Positions 47,601 to 56,108 of a stretch of 64,000 nt of DNA are shown here, one piece after another. This stretch comes from a virus, in IMG/VR virus record IMGVR_UViG_3300047330_000027, positions 3,862 through 67,861 of that record, one strand, 5' to 3'. The notes under the pieces were generated by a model. That model was not told the origin of the DNA. It saw only the letters and a program-made list of their open reading frames with translations, and ran no database searches. A program made the position numbers and the translations under genes. Every line of letters starts with the position of its first letter. The first letter of the stretch is position 1.

Positions 47601-50600
47601 TTCGTTGTCCGCACTTACGAGGGGATCGTTTCGCTGATCTCCGAGAGCGACGGGAGGTCGTTCTTGTCTAGGCTCAGGATCTGGCCTTCCTCGTTCCAGC
47701 TTATTTGATCGAGCAACGTCTGCATCGGGTCGCAGTTCAGGATCAGTGATGGGTACGCTTGGGGATCGTTCTCCGTCGCTATTGCGTACTGCGTCGGCTG
47801 GTGCTCCTCGCTCGCTGACAGCACCTGCTTTGCCTGCTTCGGGTCCGCTTCCACCAATTCGGTCAGCCGACTTTCCAGCATCGGCTCGTACTGCTGGCGG
47901 CTCAGAACTTTCTCCGGACCGCTGTACGGCACCACCAGGCTGTTGGTCTCGATTTTCTGGCTTGGCGGCTGCCAGACGGTCACTGAGTTGCCCATAAACA
48001 TCCTCCCAGCTCTTGACTCGCTGGATCGTGCCTTCCTGTGGAGAGTGTGCATCCGATTCCTGCCGCCCGTCAATGGTGATGACCCTGACCGGCCAGCCAG
48101 CTCCTTGGCGCGCGTACAGGTCCCCATCGACCTCGAAATGGGAAACTACGTTGTAGTGCGAGTACAGCCAGTTGAAGAAAATGCGGTCATCGGTGTTCAT
48201 GCCGCCAGCGACTTTGCTTGCCCCGAGGATCAGGACCGCGCGGCCATCCTGCCGCATAGCATCGAGCGCCCGTGCCGCAATCAGGTGGTCGATCTGGCCG
48301 ATCTTGTAACCGTCGACGGCTACTTTTGCAGTGCTTCCGTTCTCCTTGATGGAACCGAATGGCGGGTTCGCAATGACCACATCGGACTGTTTCGCGGGCG
48401 CGACGTTGGTTGCGGTCGCGTCCTTTCCGGTGACCTGGAAGCCCTGCTGTTTGAGCGCTGCGGCGCGATCCGGGTTGAGTTCATTTGCCTGCGTGTGCTC
48501 CGGGTTGGCGGCAATCAGCAGCATACCGTTGCCGGCGGTCGGCTCGTAGACTTCGCTGTTCGGAGTGATGCCGGCCAACTGGCTCGCCACATACGCGAGC
48601 GGCGCAGGTGTCGAGTAGGCCTGGTTTGCCATCGAGGTTGAAGTGCGGATGTTGAGGTTCGGCTGGGCTTCGTAGAGCTTCAACAGTTTGCTGAAGGTCG
48701 CGCGCGGGGATGCGCCCTGCGCCACAATATCGCGTGCGTGGAGCACGATCGCGTGCTCGAGCGCTTCCTGCGCTTCTTTCATCCGTTTGTCGGTGACGAT
48801 CCTCTTGTCATACTCGAAAACGATTTTCTTGAGCTGGTTGTTGTTCTCAGGCATCTGGCCTGCGCGCAGACGCTCCAGCAGGTGACCGGCTAACCCTTCA
48901 GGCGAAGCCCCTTGCGAGACTTCGCCCGGCTCTGGCGGGTTCTCCATCATCTCCTTCTTACCGCTGGATTGAACAACCTCGGGAAGGACCTTCTCGTTCT
49001 TGACCGTGATCTCGCTGCCGTCATCGGTCTTGATGCGTGTGATCCGCTGATCCTGATACGCAACGGTGCCGGCACGTTCCTCGCCCTTATTGTCGACAGC
49101 CGTTACACGGTCGCCCTTCTTGGAAGCAGCCACCGCAGAAGATTCTGGTTTTTCTTCGACTCGACCAATGTCGCTGATGTGCATCCCATGATGCTTCTCA
49201 GCGAACAGAGTCTCCGCTTGTCGCCTGTTTAATGCGGTCACCACAGATCGGACTGGTTTTGGATCGCCGGCGTATTTTCTGACCTGTGCCTCGTATTCGC
49301 GGGGCATGGTGTTTTCATTGCTGGCTTCCGGGATAACCGTCTTCCCGCCAGTGCGCGGCTCGTGAACGATCAGTCGGCCTTCACCGCCCTCGATGGTGGC
49401 GTTGACCTCGGGATCGGAAATCGTGTGCTGCGTCGAACCGAAGCTGTACTTGTGCTCCTGCTCAGCGGGCTTTTCCAGCGTCTCGTCCATCTGGATCGAC
49501 GGCACGCCCGACTCTTCTTCCCTTTGCTGCGCTGCCCGTTCGCGCAATACATCGTCGGCCTGCCCGACGTGCATATTGGCGCCTGGATGCCGTTCCTGAA
49601 GTACCTGCGCTTGCGTTTCGACGGCGCCGGGCTTCGAGGCGTCGACCGCAGAATCCTGAATGGCCACGCCCGTATTTGGATCACGCGCCGTGACGATGGC
49701 CGGCTGCGCGGCTTGCTCGACTTCCTCTTTGGTCTGGATATGGCCCATCAAGTCGCCGTGTGTCCCGGCTTTCGCTGCTTCCTTGATCGTGGCGGCACGG
49801 ATGCGGGTTGGATCGTAGATGTACGTTCCAGCTCCAGGAATATCGCCCTTCAACTCGATTGACTTGAAACCGTTCGGGATCGCTGGCTTATAGGTCGAGC
49901 CTTCGGGCAGCATGACCACCTTGGTCGTGCCGTTCTGGAGCGCCTGCATCTGCGCATCGACCGTCGAGCGCGGCTCTTCGAGTACTTCGTGTCCAGGGCC
50001 ACCCACCGTTGGCTCGGTCGGGTTGTCGTAGTTCTGAACAAGATCGTTCGCCATGTCGCGCGGGACGCCGAGCTGACGCTGCACCAGGTTCACGCGATCC
50101 TCGCCCTGGACCTCCTGATTCGAGTCGAGGATCGTCTTCGTTCGCATCTCAGGCGAAGTGTCGATGCCGGCCTTTTCTTCGTCGGCCGCTTTCTTCTCCG
50201 CGGCTTTCTGTTGCTCGGCAGCCTGCTTTTCAGCAGCCTTTTGCTGCTCATCGATCTGGCGCTGACGCTCGTCCTTCATCGCCTGGATGTTGTTCTGGTG
50301 CTCCTGAATGGTGTCGTTGATGAACTTCTCGGCCAAGGCCTGCGCCTTCTTCGGCGAATCGATGGTGTGCACCATGTCGTCCGGTCCGATGATCGTGCCA
50401 CCCTGCTTCCAGATCCACGCAGCGAGGTTCTGGTGCGCTTCGAGCAGCATCTGCGAGCGCGCTTCAGGAGGTGCGAGCTGCACCACTTTGGCCGCAGTCA
50501 TCAGCGTCTGCTTGGTGAGCGTCTTCTGATCCATGCCGTCGGGCATCGGCGGTTTCGGAGGCTGCGGTGGAGGGATGCCAGCGGCCATCCTCGATGCCGC

Positions 50601-51794
50601 CTGATCGAGCGCTGAAGATGCCGCTGCGGTCGACACTGCGTTCGACTGTTGCTCGGTCGCCGTAATTTCCTGTGGGCTGGGTAGCTGCGCCGGCGCTTCG
50701 GGCTGTGGGCCGCGCGCGATGTTTACCGAGACCTGCTTCCCCGCGACGCGCACGCCAGCGCTATACGCCTCAGGCGTTCGCCCGACGCCCGCCTGAACGC
50801 GCCCGCCAAGCGCAGAAACAGCAGCGCCTTCGCCCTCTACGCCGGGCAGCGCACCCTTGCTGGCCTGAAGGCCCGAGAGCGTCGCCAATGCCGCGGGGAA
50901 AAAGAAGCCAGCCGTCTTCGCGAACTCCTGTACCTCGGGAGGCGCGCCAGCAAGTTGGGCCGCCTTTTGCGCCGTCCATCCACCTGCGTAACCGGCCGCG
51001 ACGCCCATGGCGAGTTTCAATGGCTGCTGCAGCACGGCAGAGCCGAAAGCAGGAAGGCCGGCATCCATGATGCCCTTCATCGTCTCGGTAGCGCCCTGCG
51101 CGGCCTGGCGCACGCGCTGGCCTGGGGCTGCTTCGTCGAGATTGTCGATCGCGTTCGCGATCTCGCCCGTGCCGCGATAGAACTCGCCGGGACCGCCTGC
51201 GACCTGCGCGCCCAACTTCAACAACTTTTCGTCCGGCGTTTCGCCTACGATGCCCCGCAACCTGCCGGCGAACTGCTGATCTTTCGCGAGTTCACTGCGT
51301 GTAACGTCTCTCGCCCCGGGAAGCGCGCTTACCCAAGTATTAAAATCAGCATTCTCGACGGGCTCATCCGGCATCGCGCTGCCAGCCGGTAAGTCGGTCG
51401 ATACGGGATGAAGTACAGCGTGTCGGCGCGAAACTTCATCGCCGATCGTCAATGGACCAGGTTGTCTGGGCTTTAGCGTGTCGTCGAGAACATAGCCACC
51501 AGCGCCTTGTTCTCTTTCCATTTCTTCGCCGCCGGCTGACTGAACGTGGGGCACGGGGCCGAGCGAAACGGGTTTCCGGTCGAAATATGGGCGAACGGCA
51601 GTATTGTTTAGACCACCGCTGGTTAAGTCGTCGATCTGATCGGACGCACTCGCTCTCGAAGAGGGTTCTTCAAACGGATTATTGCGCGTGCCATCGTCAA
51701 GCGTTTCGTCCATCTGGATGGCCGGGCCCGAGGGTGCGGCCTGCGGCGCAGCAGACGAAAGTGTTTCGTCGAGCTGGATCGGAGAGGTTGCCAT
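41700..51794 (-). CDS. giant DarB-like polyvalent ejection protein: N6-adenine MTase + strawberry-notch SF2 helicase
   Basis: AYSTPAPLA, YEPTAGNGML, NPPF; DQTGIGKGR, DESH, SATYAKRPDN, GISLH, QMLGRIHRTGQ; located after ejection genes. Confidence 0.88.
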   Translation of the reverse strand: MATSPIQLDETLSSAAPQAAPSGPAIQMDETLDDGTRNNPFEEPSSRASASDQIDDLTSGGLNNTAVRPYFDRKPVSLGPVPHVQSAGGEEMEREQGAGGYVLDDTLKPRQPGPLTIGDEVSRRHAVLHPVSTDLPAGSAMPDEPVENADFNTWVSALPGARDVTRSELAKDQQFAGRLRGIVGETPDEKLLKLGAQVAGGPGEFYRGTGEIANAIDNLDEAAPGQRVRQAAQGATETMKGIMDAGLPAFGSAVLQQPLKLAMGVAAGYAGGWTAQKAAQLAGAPPEVQEFAKTAGFFFPAALATLSGLQASKGALPGVEGEGAAVSALGGRVQAGVGRTPEAYSAGVRVAGKQVSVNIARGPQPEAPAQLPSPQEITATEQQSNAVSTAAASSALDQAASRMAAGIPPPQPPKPPMPDGMDQKTLTKQTLMTAAKVVQLAPPEARSQMLLEAHQNLAAWIWKQGGTIIGPDDMVHTIDSPKKAQALAEKFINDTIQEHQNNIQAMKDERQRQIDEQQKAAEKQAAEQQKAAEKKAADEEKAGIDTSPEMRTKTILDSNQEVQGEDRVNLVQRQLGVPRDMANDLVQNYDNPTEPTVGGPGHEVLEEPRSTVDAQMQALQNGTTKVVMLPEGSTYKPAIPNGFKSIELKGDIPGAGTYIYDPTRIRAATIKEAAKAGTHGDLMGHIQTKEEVEQAAQPAIVTARDPNTGVAIQDSAVDASKPGAVETQAQVLQERHPGANMHVGQADDVLRERAAQQREEESGVPSIQMDETLEKPAEQEHKYSFGSTQHTISDPEVNATIEGGEGRLIVHEPRTGGKTVIPEASNENTMPREYEAQVRKYAGDPKPVRSVVTALNRRQAETLFAEKHHGMHISDIGRVEEKPESSAVAASKKGDRVTAVDNKGEERAGTVAYQDQRITRIKTDDGSEITVKNEKVLPEVVQSSGKKEMMENPPEPGEVSQGASPEGLAGHLLERLRAGQMPENNNQLKKIVFEYDKRIVTDKRMKEAQEALEHAIVLHARDIVAQGASPRATFSKLLKLYEAQPNLNIRTSTSMANQAYSTPAPLAYVASQLAGITPNSEVYEPTAGNGMLLIAANPEHTQANELNPDRAAALKQQGFQVTGKDATATNVAPAKQSDVVIANPPFGSIKENGSTAKVAVDGYKIGQIDHLIAARALDAMRQDGRAVLILGASKVAGGMNTDDRIFFNWLYSHYNVVSHFEVDGDLYARQGAGWPVRVITIDGRQESDAHSPQEGTIQRVKSWEDVYGQLSDRLAAAKPENRDQQPGGAVQRSGESSEPPAVRADAGKSADRIGGSGPEAGKAGAVSERGAPADAVRNSDGERSPSVPITDPELRPDADVARSNKLERGRPDPEPRQERPPVALGDQRNDPLVSADNEYQVKYTPASSKKDEGVLIPTNMRGPLKQAMNRLEDEVGDIDEFVRSELGYSTKDEMHDVLMGLQVDSVAAAIHQIKRGKAVIIGDQTGIGKGRQAAAIIRWAARNGHIPTFVTVKPQLFTDMYGDLADIGTDDINPFLMNREESITLPDGSKAFANKQSTHTKTLEKIRDSGQLPAGSNAMFLTYSQINKANTQQQVLSSIAHRAVFVLDESHNAGGESETGEFVQGLLANAKGVTYLSATYAKRPDNMPVYFKTDIGLVSKDREALSDAMAAGGLPLQTVVSNNLVKAGQFFRRERSYDGVEMRTETDSERRAEHTQMSDKATEALRAIVKADKAFHNGFVNQMQKEAAKTGQAVEGGGNKAANTVQHSEFSSIVHNFVRQMLLGLKADSAADRAIEAIKRGEKPIIAVENTMGSFLQRYVEDNGLKEGDPLTNYDYRTVLSNSLKKTRYITIKDQKGNETKKYISLNDLDAETRAEYDKAQAVIDKLKLDIPVSPIDWMRWRIEQAGHSVSEVTGRSLMVDYTEDIPRLASIPEQELDRVLTTRRFNDGRLDALVVNVAGSTGISLHASEKFKDQRPRHMVVAQPAQDINIFMQMLGRIHRTGQVRLPSYTILSVDLPAEKRPTALLSKKMKSLNANTSSNTESATSVKAADILNKYGDEIVNTYLNDNPELEKKLGIEGSGDHNAPEDDLARKVTGKLALLPVKDQTAFYNDVEQAYNDYIDYLNETNQNELEPRTMDFDAKETKSQQLTEATDRSSPFGQESVYGEYSIKSQGKPLTADEVAEKIKKSLDGAASGQQHAQRMQADLDKQYADWKATLDPESTTFQRADGVANMTRQFLKQHPIGSTMRVEINGDGYRAAIVNVESTHKGSGNPYSFSKINVTLATDGSLRFQKVPATQLSRIQTGYLHYRPEEIFRNLQPQGRETAKIITGNLLAAYSELQGTKGSIINFTKADGSTEMGILLPKKFEIKENTRGDYRMRTPQQIAKYLNAVPSQEAATMGVASRDGDVRIVRNGNTGDLLIVTHKSKARGAQFFLDEKLRSIVGDFVSHGNTMRAEIPKNKLNEAITAVQNKKALYAPPSQVEIARQFEPKDEGKKALESKPNPKTSTTMRASVFGLDIAAEAGYKVASAFYKADVAPALEKLGTGVVAAGKQITNLLYPRIGVNADSLDAFFDAKGMREEHRFLLEHVNGGLEKFMDKIGDAANIEFMDRKRQGMRQQTPELQQISDLMDEIGNRSFAMVQTYRPSLEAKENYYGAIWKVIPGSGKVKGGGTSGKRPFEGAKQFFKQQTLATISEGLENGGELPTLNAWKLFSMVEASKMHYIAAQKYWASLKELGLRKFVKTGTKPPEGWTKVDDRIAKVYFPAASGEGRIDAGEWYVEQGSARILNNYLSRDHIRDQAIGKGMLMLKNFATGVEMGLSPFHLLFESNEAIGSQLATGIMRAWNIGVRSGNFNQFIKGMTEASTSIAAPFMLARDGGSYLKAISNAEQFAQTKRGTRFFQKYPDVLDGIVFKGGAQFNMNPDYKFDPVKGIKEAAKEGNYVGAALRLLPAAESWMMKPLFDVFIPRLKLGFFLKQFAEQMDERAQDLIDGKTTRLEIARKVNDTTENRFGEMNFDNVVWNNTFKSAMQFLFRSVTWKLGNWRGLVTAAGSETAEAFRDPLAAMFNDAKNWKRPEGRTNADYIPRLGMNQAWLLSMAITSVITGTLISKIFSGKYPWEWLTQDERNGYSAAGAFLLESIHPRTGRMDARTGIPDRVNLPSGLRDFEHAYRDPAGYMKGSLSQVSSRFLDLANNRDFFGNYVYDPNAPLYQQVAQAAKYAIPEPIALSSLQNNYGSQDAVSKTLRVAGLGGASKSLDQSPLLQRMLKMKRDRHDPLTPDQVALYDRDRTIGHRSLAQLRTAMRERNMDYVEKLALSPDFSYIQLREMVEKYATPREKAELAPILAKKRASLIRRQGASAVQ
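47615..47995 (-). CDS. candidate nested gene (126 aa) in an alternate frame of the giant protein linker
   Basis: GGGAGGA SD 5 nt before the ATG; globular acidic composition while the host frame is low-complexity. Confidence 0.5.
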   Translation of the reverse strand: MGNSVTVWQPPSQKIETNSLVVPYSGPEKVLSRQQYEPMLESRLTELVEADPKQAKQVLSASEEHQPTQYAIATENDPQAYPSLILNCDPMQTLLDQISWNEEGQILSLDKNDLPSLSEISETIPS

Positions 51795-53576
51795 TTAGGG
51801 AGCGGTCTGTTGCTGTTGCGGTGGCTTTCCGACAAGTGCTCGGTTGTTCGTAAGAAGGATTTTCCCGTCAGGGAAAACGAACCGCACGAACGCGTGCCGC
51901 CCGTCAGGTGTCATTGCGGGATCGCCTAGCGAGTAGGGCTTCTTGGTCGCGGGATTCATGACCTTCGATACGGTGAGCGGCTGTGGTGGCCGCTGCTGGG
52001 GCGCTACGGGCGCTTGCCGGGGCGCGGAGGCCTGCGGCGGTGGTGTTGGAGCGCCAGACGGTTCAAGGTCGGTCTGGCCGTTCAGAACGCCGGGCTGCGC
52101 CTGCGTGACGGCCTGCTGGCCAGATCCCGGCTGTGCTGGCTGGCCCTGTTGCTGCGGTACCAGCGGCTTACCGGACGAGTCATTCAGCGCGACACCATTT
52201 TCGTCATGTTGAACGGGAACCGTCTGGAAGCCGAGCGTATTCATCGACTGCGAGTACTGCCCTTCGGCGTCGTCGAGCTGCGCCTTGTGCTGCATTTTCA
52301 GTTGCGCGATGTACTCGTCTTTTTCCTTCGGGTTGTTGAACGGTTCGTTGGTTTCCGGGTTGGTGCCATTCTGCGCGATCTGCAGATTCTGCGCGAAGCC
52401 CCGCGTGCCCTTCGTGGGGTCGCCATTCTGGATCGTGGAGATCACCTGATTGCGCTGCTGCAGAAGCTTGTTCGCGTCCTCCTGCCTCTTGCGCTGGTTG
52501 GCCGGCGAGCCTGGAGTGTTGACCGCATCTCGCGCTTCGGTGTCGTCCAATTCGCGACGGCGCAGGCTCAGCTCGCCGCGCTGGTACGCGCCCGTCTGCC
52601 CCAGTTCCTGCTTTCGCAGATTCAGGTCATCGGTGTGATACAGCTCTTCGTCTGAGAGCTTCTTCTGCTCGCGTGCGTCGCCTGTCGTTTCGCGGCCTTC
52701 CTCGAAGGCCTGGTGGCGCTGGTTATTGGCGTCCTGCGTGTCCTGCCGCTGGTTCTCTCGCGCCCTCTGCGCGCCGGTAGCTGCGGTGTTGAACTGTGTG
52801 TCCTGATCAGCGAACTGCTGACGCTGGTGCTCATAGAGCGCGTCCTCATCGCTCATGTCGCTGCGATCGTTGGCGATGCGTCCCTTGTCGCCCTCAAGCG
52901 ACTTCTGCCGATTAGCTTCAGCCGCGTTATAGCGACGGTTGGTAACGGCCGCGCCACCAGCGGCATCCTGGCTGAGAAACCCTGCAAGGCCACCGAGTAA
53001 CCTATCTTTCCAGCCAACCTTTACGCTGGGATCGTTACGGTCAATCGCCTTGGAATCTTTTGCGTACAGGTCCTCGTCCTGCTGGAGCTTGGTGCGGTCA
53101 GGTGCCTTGTAGGTCGGGGCGGTCGGGGCGGATGCCGCCATCTGGCCAGGGCTGCCCATCGCTGGTGTGCCGCCAGGTCCAGGCGTCTCGATGTGCGAAT
53201 TGGTGCCATCAGCGCCGCCACCGGAAGAAGACGTTCCACTCGGCTTTGTCACCGCGGCGGGCTTCGAACCGCCATCGGCGCCGGGTTTCGACGTATCGTA
53301 ACTTGGTGTCGAATTCTTGCCTGGGGCTGTCCCATCGGTTGATGGAGTGCCTAGGCGCGAGTTTGAGTCGCCCGTCTTGTTGTTGCTTTCCTTGTCGACC
53401 GAAGAGGTAGACCCGCCTGACGCGGATGTGGTGGCTACCGATGGATTCGGTGTTCCCGTGTGCGAGTCAGAGCCGCCGTCACCCGTGCCAGAGGCCGCAG
53501 AGTCGCCTTCGGACGGCGCAGTGCCGCCTTCCGGGGAGTCGTAGAGTGTTTCGTCGTCTTCCGGATCACCGGCCAT
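51795..53576 (-). CDS. putative internal virion/DNA ejection protein
   Basis: disordered G/S/Q-rich plus coiled coil; podovirus ejection-gene position. Confidence 0.6.
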   Translation of the reverse strand: MAGDPEDDETLYDSPEGGTAPSEGDSAASGTGDGGSDSHTGTPNPSVATTSASGGSTSSVDKESNNKTGDSNSRLGTPSTDGTAPGKNSTPSYDTSKPGADGGSKPAAVTKPSGTSSSGGGADGTNSHIETPGPGGTPAMGSPGQMAASAPTAPTYKAPDRTKLQQDEDLYAKDSKAIDRNDPSVKVGWKDRLLGGLAGFLSQDAAGGAAVTNRRYNAAEANRQKSLEGDKGRIANDRSDMSDEDALYEHQRQQFADQDTQFNTAATGAQRARENQRQDTQDANNQRHQAFEEGRETTGDAREQKKLSDEELYHTDDLNLRKQELGQTGAYQRGELSLRRRELDDTEARDAVNTPGSPANQRKRQEDANKLLQQRNQVISTIQNGDPTKGTRGFAQNLQIAQNGTNPETNEPFNNPKEKDEYIAQLKMQHKAQLDDAEGQYSQSMNTLGFQTVPVQHDENGVALNDSSGKPLVPQQQGQPAQPGSGQQAVTQAQPGVLNGQTDLEPSGAPTPPPQASAPRQAPVAPQQRPPQPLTVSKVMNPATKKPYSLGDPAMTPDGRHAFVRFVFPDGKILLTNNRALVGKPPQQQQTAP

Positions 53577-53585
53577 GTCTGTCCT

Positions 53586-54152
53586 TTAAGCAAACGCCGC
53601 TGTCAAGCCTGCGCCGGCACCCTTCATCGCGGTTTCGCCAAGGCCTGCCCACATGTTGTCTTCGTCTTCCTGCTGCTGAATGAGCTGACCCGAGGTGGCG
53701 TCGGCCTCGCCGATCTGCTCGCCTTCGTTCGAGTTCTCGGAATTTGCGCCCGCGAGTTGGTCATTCGTGAGCTGATCCTGCTGCTTGAGCCACGTATCCT
53801 CGTTCGCCGTATCACGGCTGGCGTCGTAAGCGTCGGTCGTCATCTGGCCCTGCTGCGCGTTCTGAGCAACGGCGCCAGGGATGGCGTTCGCGTTCTGTCC
53901 GGTGCGCAACGCGGTCGCGCGCAGGTTCTGCGCTGCCGCATCGTTGGTCGAGTGCTGGGCTGCGGAGGTTGTCAGATTCTGGTCGGTTTTATAGGCTGTC
54001 GTCTGAAAGGGATTGCCGGCCGCCAACTGGGAGTTGACGTTCGACATGTACATATCCATGTCGCTGTTGTAAGCGCCCTGATCCTGCTTCGCATTCGTCT
54101 GCGCCATCGTATTTTGCGATGTCGCGTCGCCGACCCCACCGTTGCTGCTCAT
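53586..54152 (-). CDS. putative internal virion/pilot protein
   Basis: Q/N/A-rich helical protein with Gly-rich hydrophobic C-terminus. Confidence 0.6.
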   Translation of the reverse strand: MSSNGGVGDATSQNTMAQTNAKQDQGAYNSDMDMYMSNVNSQLAAGNPFQTTAYKTDQNLTTSAAQHSTNDAAAQNLRATALRTGQNANAIPGAVAQNAQQGQMTTDAYDASRDTANEDTWLKQQDQLTNDQLAGANSENSNEGEQIGEADATSGQLIQQQEDEDNMWAGLGETAMKGAGAGLTAAFA

Positions 54153-54181
54153 GAGTGGGGACTTTTACCATTACCGCAGCT

Positions 54182-54670
54182 CTAAATGCGACCCTGAAAG
54201 AAAGAAAAACGCTCCATCGCCTTGAATCCGATACGGTCGTAGATCGGCGCCAGAAAGCCGGCAATGCGTTTTCGCGCGTGCACCTGGGCTACGCGAATCT
54301 TTTTCGCACGCATAAAACCGACCAGACTGGGCTTCAGATCGAGGAAGTCTTCAACACCTTCCTTGGTAAATCCCAGCTTGGCGATTTCGGCGATCATCTC
54401 GATATAGCAGCCGTCGACGATCTCACCCTGCTCATCGCGCGCCACCAGCGACAGGATTACCGGCCACTGAAACAGAGACGGCACGCCCTGCGGTCCGCAG
54501 TAGCGCTCCAGGAAGCGCACGCATTTCATCAGTTCGGGGATGTCCTCGGGCGTTGTGGCTGTCCAGGTGAGACCGTTTTTCGTTTTCAGTACGAAATCGC
54601 GCCAGTACTCGACCCAAGGATCGAGCGGCCGCTCATTGCCAGGCGAAGCAGAACCATCCAACGTTGCCAT
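54182..54670 (-). CDS. GNAT-like protein
   Basis: ATTPEDIPEL...IYDRIGFK; typical podovirus position between tail and ejection genes. Confidence 0.55.
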   Translation of the reverse strand: MATLDGSASPGNERPLDPWVEYWRDFVLKTKNGLTWTATTPEDIPELMKCVRFLERYCGPQGVPSLFQWPVILSLVARDEQGEIVDGCYIEMIAEIAKLGFTKEGVEDFLDLKPSLVGFMRAKKIRVAQVHARKRIAGFLAPIYDRIGFKAMERFSFFQGRI

Positions 54671-56108
54671 CCCACGTATCTCCCTGCCCATCCTGATACC
54701 GCAGCAGCGCGCGCCCAAGGTCCGCGCCGCAGACGGCGACGCCATGCATCGGGTTGCCAGTATCGTTGTAACTGGACGGGGCCGCAAATACCAGCGAGTT
54801 GGTGAAATTAAATCCGGCCGGCAGGGTAAAACCCGAAGAACTCGCCACGTTGCCCGAGCCGATCGCAATCTTCGAGCCGCCCGGCGTGTTCAGCACCACG
54901 AAACTTCCGCCGGTCACTGCCGTCACCGGCATGCCCGCCAAATACGCAACAGCAAACCAAGTCGCGGTCGCGGACCACACGTTTCCCGAGCCGTCGTGAA
55001 ATTCCGAGGTCACCGTGGTCCCAGCCACGCTGCACACCACACCATGCGCATGGTTGCCAGACGAAAAGCCGCTATTCGCGGACGCTACCACCTGCCAGTT
55101 CGCGGAGCTGAACCCTGGCGGGAGTTCGATATTGCCACCATCGTTGACCACGCCTGACCCGATGGCGATCTGCGCGCCGCCGCCCAAGGTGAAAATGCCC
55201 CACCCGCCTTGCGTTACCCGGTAATAGCTCCAGTTGGTGCCGAGCGGGTTCCACGCGAAAGCGAAGATATTCGCTGACCCGGACCAAGTATCGTGTGATC
55301 CATCGCTATATTCCATCAGCACCACGGGGGGCGAGGTCTGCGCGCCTGATGGTGGCGTCCCGTTGTAACCGATCGAGCAGTTCCAGCCATGCGCGTCGTT
55401 GCCTGTTTCCTGGTAGCCGTTCGGCGAACTGATGGCCGCCATCGACCCGGTAAACAAATACTCGGGCAGCGAGAACGTCCCCTGATCGGCAACCAGCCCT
55501 GCCACAAACGCCACCGTCTCTGAACCAGGCAACTGAAACACCGCGGCGACCCCGTTTGTCACAGGTTCCACAGTCACGCTTTCGGCCGTACCGTTGAGCG
55601 CTTTGCCTCCGTTCGCGTTCTTCCATTGGTTCCAGTTCACGCCGTCGTAGCTCGACCGGAAACGGAAATACCACTGGCCCGCCGCGAGATCGGCAATCGT
55701 CCAATAGGTCATCGTCGAGCCGGTATTCCCGCCGTAGAGGGTCACATTCGACGACTCCGAAAAGCTGGGGCTGGTGGCTGCCTGAATCTGGTTGTAGATC
55801 GGCGTAACGTTGGTCTGGGGCGAAAGCGAAGAAGCAATCTGCTGCGCCTGGAGTACGGAGGTCGGCGACTGTGCGCCGGGCAGCGTGAGTTCAATAATGT
55901 AATTCGGCGTCAGATACGAGACTTGACCTTTGAGCTGCGGCGGTGCGTTCTTGGTGCCCGTGTTCGACACCGAGGCCTGCTGCTGCTGCACCTGCGCAAT
56001 CGATGTCAAAATCTGCCGCAGGCTGTTGTTGCCGCCCGACGCATCGATGATCTTCTGAACCGGAAGCGAGACCTTCTGGCTGCTGGGCCCGCCATTTACC
56101 CTTGCCAT
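54633..56108 (-). CDS. tail appendage protein with three C-terminal repeated beta domains
   Basis: three ~90-aa repeats ending (Y/F)xDGxxxxW...F.FAW. Confidence 0.65.
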   Translation of the reverse strand: MARVNGGPSSQKVSLPVQKIIDASGGNNSLRQILTSIAQVQQQQASVSNTGTKNAPPQLKGQVSYLTPNYIIELTLPGAQSPTSVLQAQQIASSLSPQTNVTPIYNQIQAATSPSFSESSNVTLYGGNTGSTMTYWTIADLAAGQWYFRFRSSYDGVNWNQWKNANGGKALNGTAESVTVEPVTNGVAAVFQLPGSETVAFVAGLVADQGTFSLPEYLFTGSMAAISSPNGYQETGNDAHGWNCSIGYNGTPPSGAQTSPPVVLMEYSDGSHDTWSGSANIFAFAWNPLGTNWSYYRVTQGGWGIFTLGGGAQIAIGSGVVNDGGNIELPPGFSSANWQVVASANSGFSSGNHAHGVVCSVAGTTVTSEFHDGSGNVWSATATWFAVAYLAGMPVTAVTGGSFVVLNTPGGSKIAIGSGNVASSSGFTLPAGFNFTNSLVFAAPSSYNDTGNPMHGVAVCGADLGRALLRYQDGQGDTWDGNVGWFCFAWQ

